From: an uncultured Candidatus Binatia bacterium
GTDB taxonomy: Bacteria > Desulfobacterota > Binatia > UBA9968 > CAXXLF01
DNA length: 64,000 nucleotides
NCBI GenBank assembly: GCA_965218425.1
Contig: OZ244621.1
Span: 2,464,001-2,528,000, forward strand
Direction: 5' to 3'
Below the pieces are notes generated by a model that was given only the letters and a program-made list of their open reading frames with translations, did not search any database and was not told the DNA's origin. The first letter of the stretch is position 1. Each line of letters begins with the position of its first letter. Shown piece after piece: positions 63,093-64,000 of the stretch. The position numbers were made by a program, and so were the translations under genes.

Positions 63093-64000
63093 ATGGGAAA
63101 GAAAAGTCTCGTTGTCGGCTTGGATATCGGAACCTACAAGATCTGTGCCATCGTGGGAGAGCTTGGTGATGCCGGCATAGAAATTATCGGAGTGGGGACC
63201 CATCCCTCACACGGGCTGAGAAAAGGCGTGGTGATCGACATTGAGAGCACGGTGAACTCCATTAAGAGGGCAGTGGAGGAAGCGGAGATCATGGCGGGCT
63301 GTGAGATCAATAGCGTCTTTGCCGGCATTGCGGGAGGTCACATCAAAGGGTTCAACAGCCATGGAGTGGTGGCCGTAAAGAACAAAGAGGTTGCTAAAGG
63401 AGATATCGAGCGTGTCATTGATGCCGGCCGGGCAGTGGCCATACCCATGGATCGGGAAGTGCTCCATATCCTTCCCCAAGAGTACATTGTCGACGACCAG
63501 GATGGAATCAAAGAGCCCCTCGGAATGTCGGGGGTCCGATTGGAAGCAAGGGTCCACATCGTAACCGGTGCCGCCACCTCAGCTCAAAACATCATCAAAT
63601 GCTGTAATCGCACCGGCCTCAACGTCACTGAATTCGTTTTGGAACCACTGGCCTCTGCCGAGGCGGTTCTGACTCCAGAGGAGAAGGAACTGGGAGTGGC
63701 TTTGGTGGATATGGGGGGTGGAACCACGGATATTGTTCTCTTCCACGACGGCGCGGTCAAGCATACGGCCGTGCTGGGTGTGGGCGGGAATCATCTCACC
63801 AACGACATTGCCGCCGGGCTTCGCACCCCCATCGCTGAGGCGGAGCGGATCAAGCAGAAGTTCGGCTGTGCCAAGGTTGTCATGGCCGCGGGTGATGATG
63901 AAGTGGAAGTTCCTAGCATGGGCGGGCGTAATCCGCGCACCATCTCACGCCGAATTCTCTGTGAAATTATCGAACCTCGTTTAGAGGAGATCTTTCAGTT
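63093..64000 (+). CDS. ftsA: Cell division protein FtsA (3'-truncated by window edge)
   Basis: VGLDIGTYKICAIVG, GLRKGVV, DMGGGTTD, AEAERIK read from the + strand. Confidence 0.95.
   Translation, partial: MGKKSLVVGLDIGTYKICAIVGELGDAGIEIIGVGTHPSHGLRKGVVIDIESTVNSIKRAVEEAEIMAGCEINSVFAGIAGGHIKGFNSHGVVAVKNKEVAKGDIERVIDAGRAVAIPMDREVLHILPQEYIVDDQDGIKEPLGMSGVRLEARVHIVTGAATSAQNIIKCCNRTGLNVTEFVLEPLASAEAVLTPEEKELGVALVDMGGGTTDIVLFHDGAVKHTAVLGVGGNHLTNDIAAGLRTPIAEAERIKQKFGCAKVVMAAGDDEVEVPSMGGRNPRTISRRILCEIIEPRLEEIFQ

Overview
Bacterial chromosomal window of moderately high GC. Gene content and order suggest a deltaproteobacterial-type lineage such as Candidatus Binatia; this is inference, not a database result. 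Nt 1-846 is the 3' part of rmuC. Nt ~850-6490 is a decayed accessory island containing IS110, IS3 and IS481 relics, a solo HEPN-like gene, an MNT-HepT toxin-antitoxin pair, an orphan TctC and a NYN-LOTUS protein. The island is bracketed by an intact 82-aa gene and a diverged copy of that gene's 3' end. Next come a probable selenoprotein (AhpD-like, CxxU, in-frame UGA plus SECIS-like hairpin) upstream of a Rieske oxygenase, an M16 peptidase, queF, a Kef-type antiporter, pckG, dnaB, thiE and ntrC/ntrB. These are followed by the rimP-nusA-ylxR-infB-rbfA-truB-rpsO-pnp cluster, dut and purBCSQLF. After purF lie a candidate ~200-nt structured ncRNA, a small redox cluster, an M48 protease, zinc-ribbon-rnhA-rnpB (expanded P12) and the dcw cluster (mraZ, inserted STAS gene, rsmH to partial ftsA), which is preceded by tandem NrdR-like boxes. 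No CRISPR array, rRNA or tRNA was recognised.
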